From a virus: DNA of 64,000 nucleotides. The notes below the pieces were generated by a model, which saw only the letters and a program-made list of their open reading frames with translations, did no database searches and was not told where the DNA came from. The stretch is taken from positions 32,001 through 96,000 of IMG/VR virus record IMGVR_UViG_3300045988_123324; one strand, 5' to 3'. Below, in pieces: positions 63,983-64,000 of this stretch (within the stretch, counting starts at the first letter, position 1; every line of letters starts with the position of its first letter). A program made the position numbers and the translations under genes.

Positions 63983-64000
63983 AGAGATGAGATGTGCCGC

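Overview
The window is almost entirely a low-GC tailed-phage genome. It looks siphovirus-like (2064-aa tape measure, no sheath gene seen) and Firmicutes-style (GGAGG ribosome-binding sites, TTGACA-17-TATAAT promoters).

Minus strand, right to left:
- Packaging and head genes plus the tail tube (52.2 to 41.8 kb): terS, an intein-containing terL, portal, scaffold, decoration protein, lambda-gpE-like capsid, connectors, tail tube.
- A 26-kb replication and nucleotide-metabolism block (41.7 to 15.3 kb): SNF2 helicase, nrdD split by two group I introns, nrdG, dUTPase, ThyX, two DNA methyltransferases, DnaB, a DnaC-like loader, ligase, primase, gp32-like SSB, clamp, RecB-like nuclease, family A polymerase.
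- The rest of the tail module (15.3 kb to position 1): G/GT chaperones with a GGGUUUU -1 frameshift site, tape measure, tail-tip proteins.

Three paralogous zinc-ribbon plus Vsr-like nuclease genes sit at module junctions.

The most unusual region is 52.27-57.1 kb. Two ORF-free, helix-rich blocks of about 0.65-0.7 kb each have their own consensus promoter. They bracket a DUF2828/TROVE-like vWA protein, tRNA-Leu(CAA), tRNA-Arg(UCU), tRNA-Thr(UGU), a 284-nt tmRNA (tag ANKRTDENEVYSLAA) and an HNH gene.

A plus-strand early block (57.2-62.6 kb) carries four consensus promoters. It is followed by five bipartite AT-rich direct repeats and then, at about 62,960, an abrupt change to GC-rich sequence.

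All functional calls come from motifs read by eye. No database or folding software was run.
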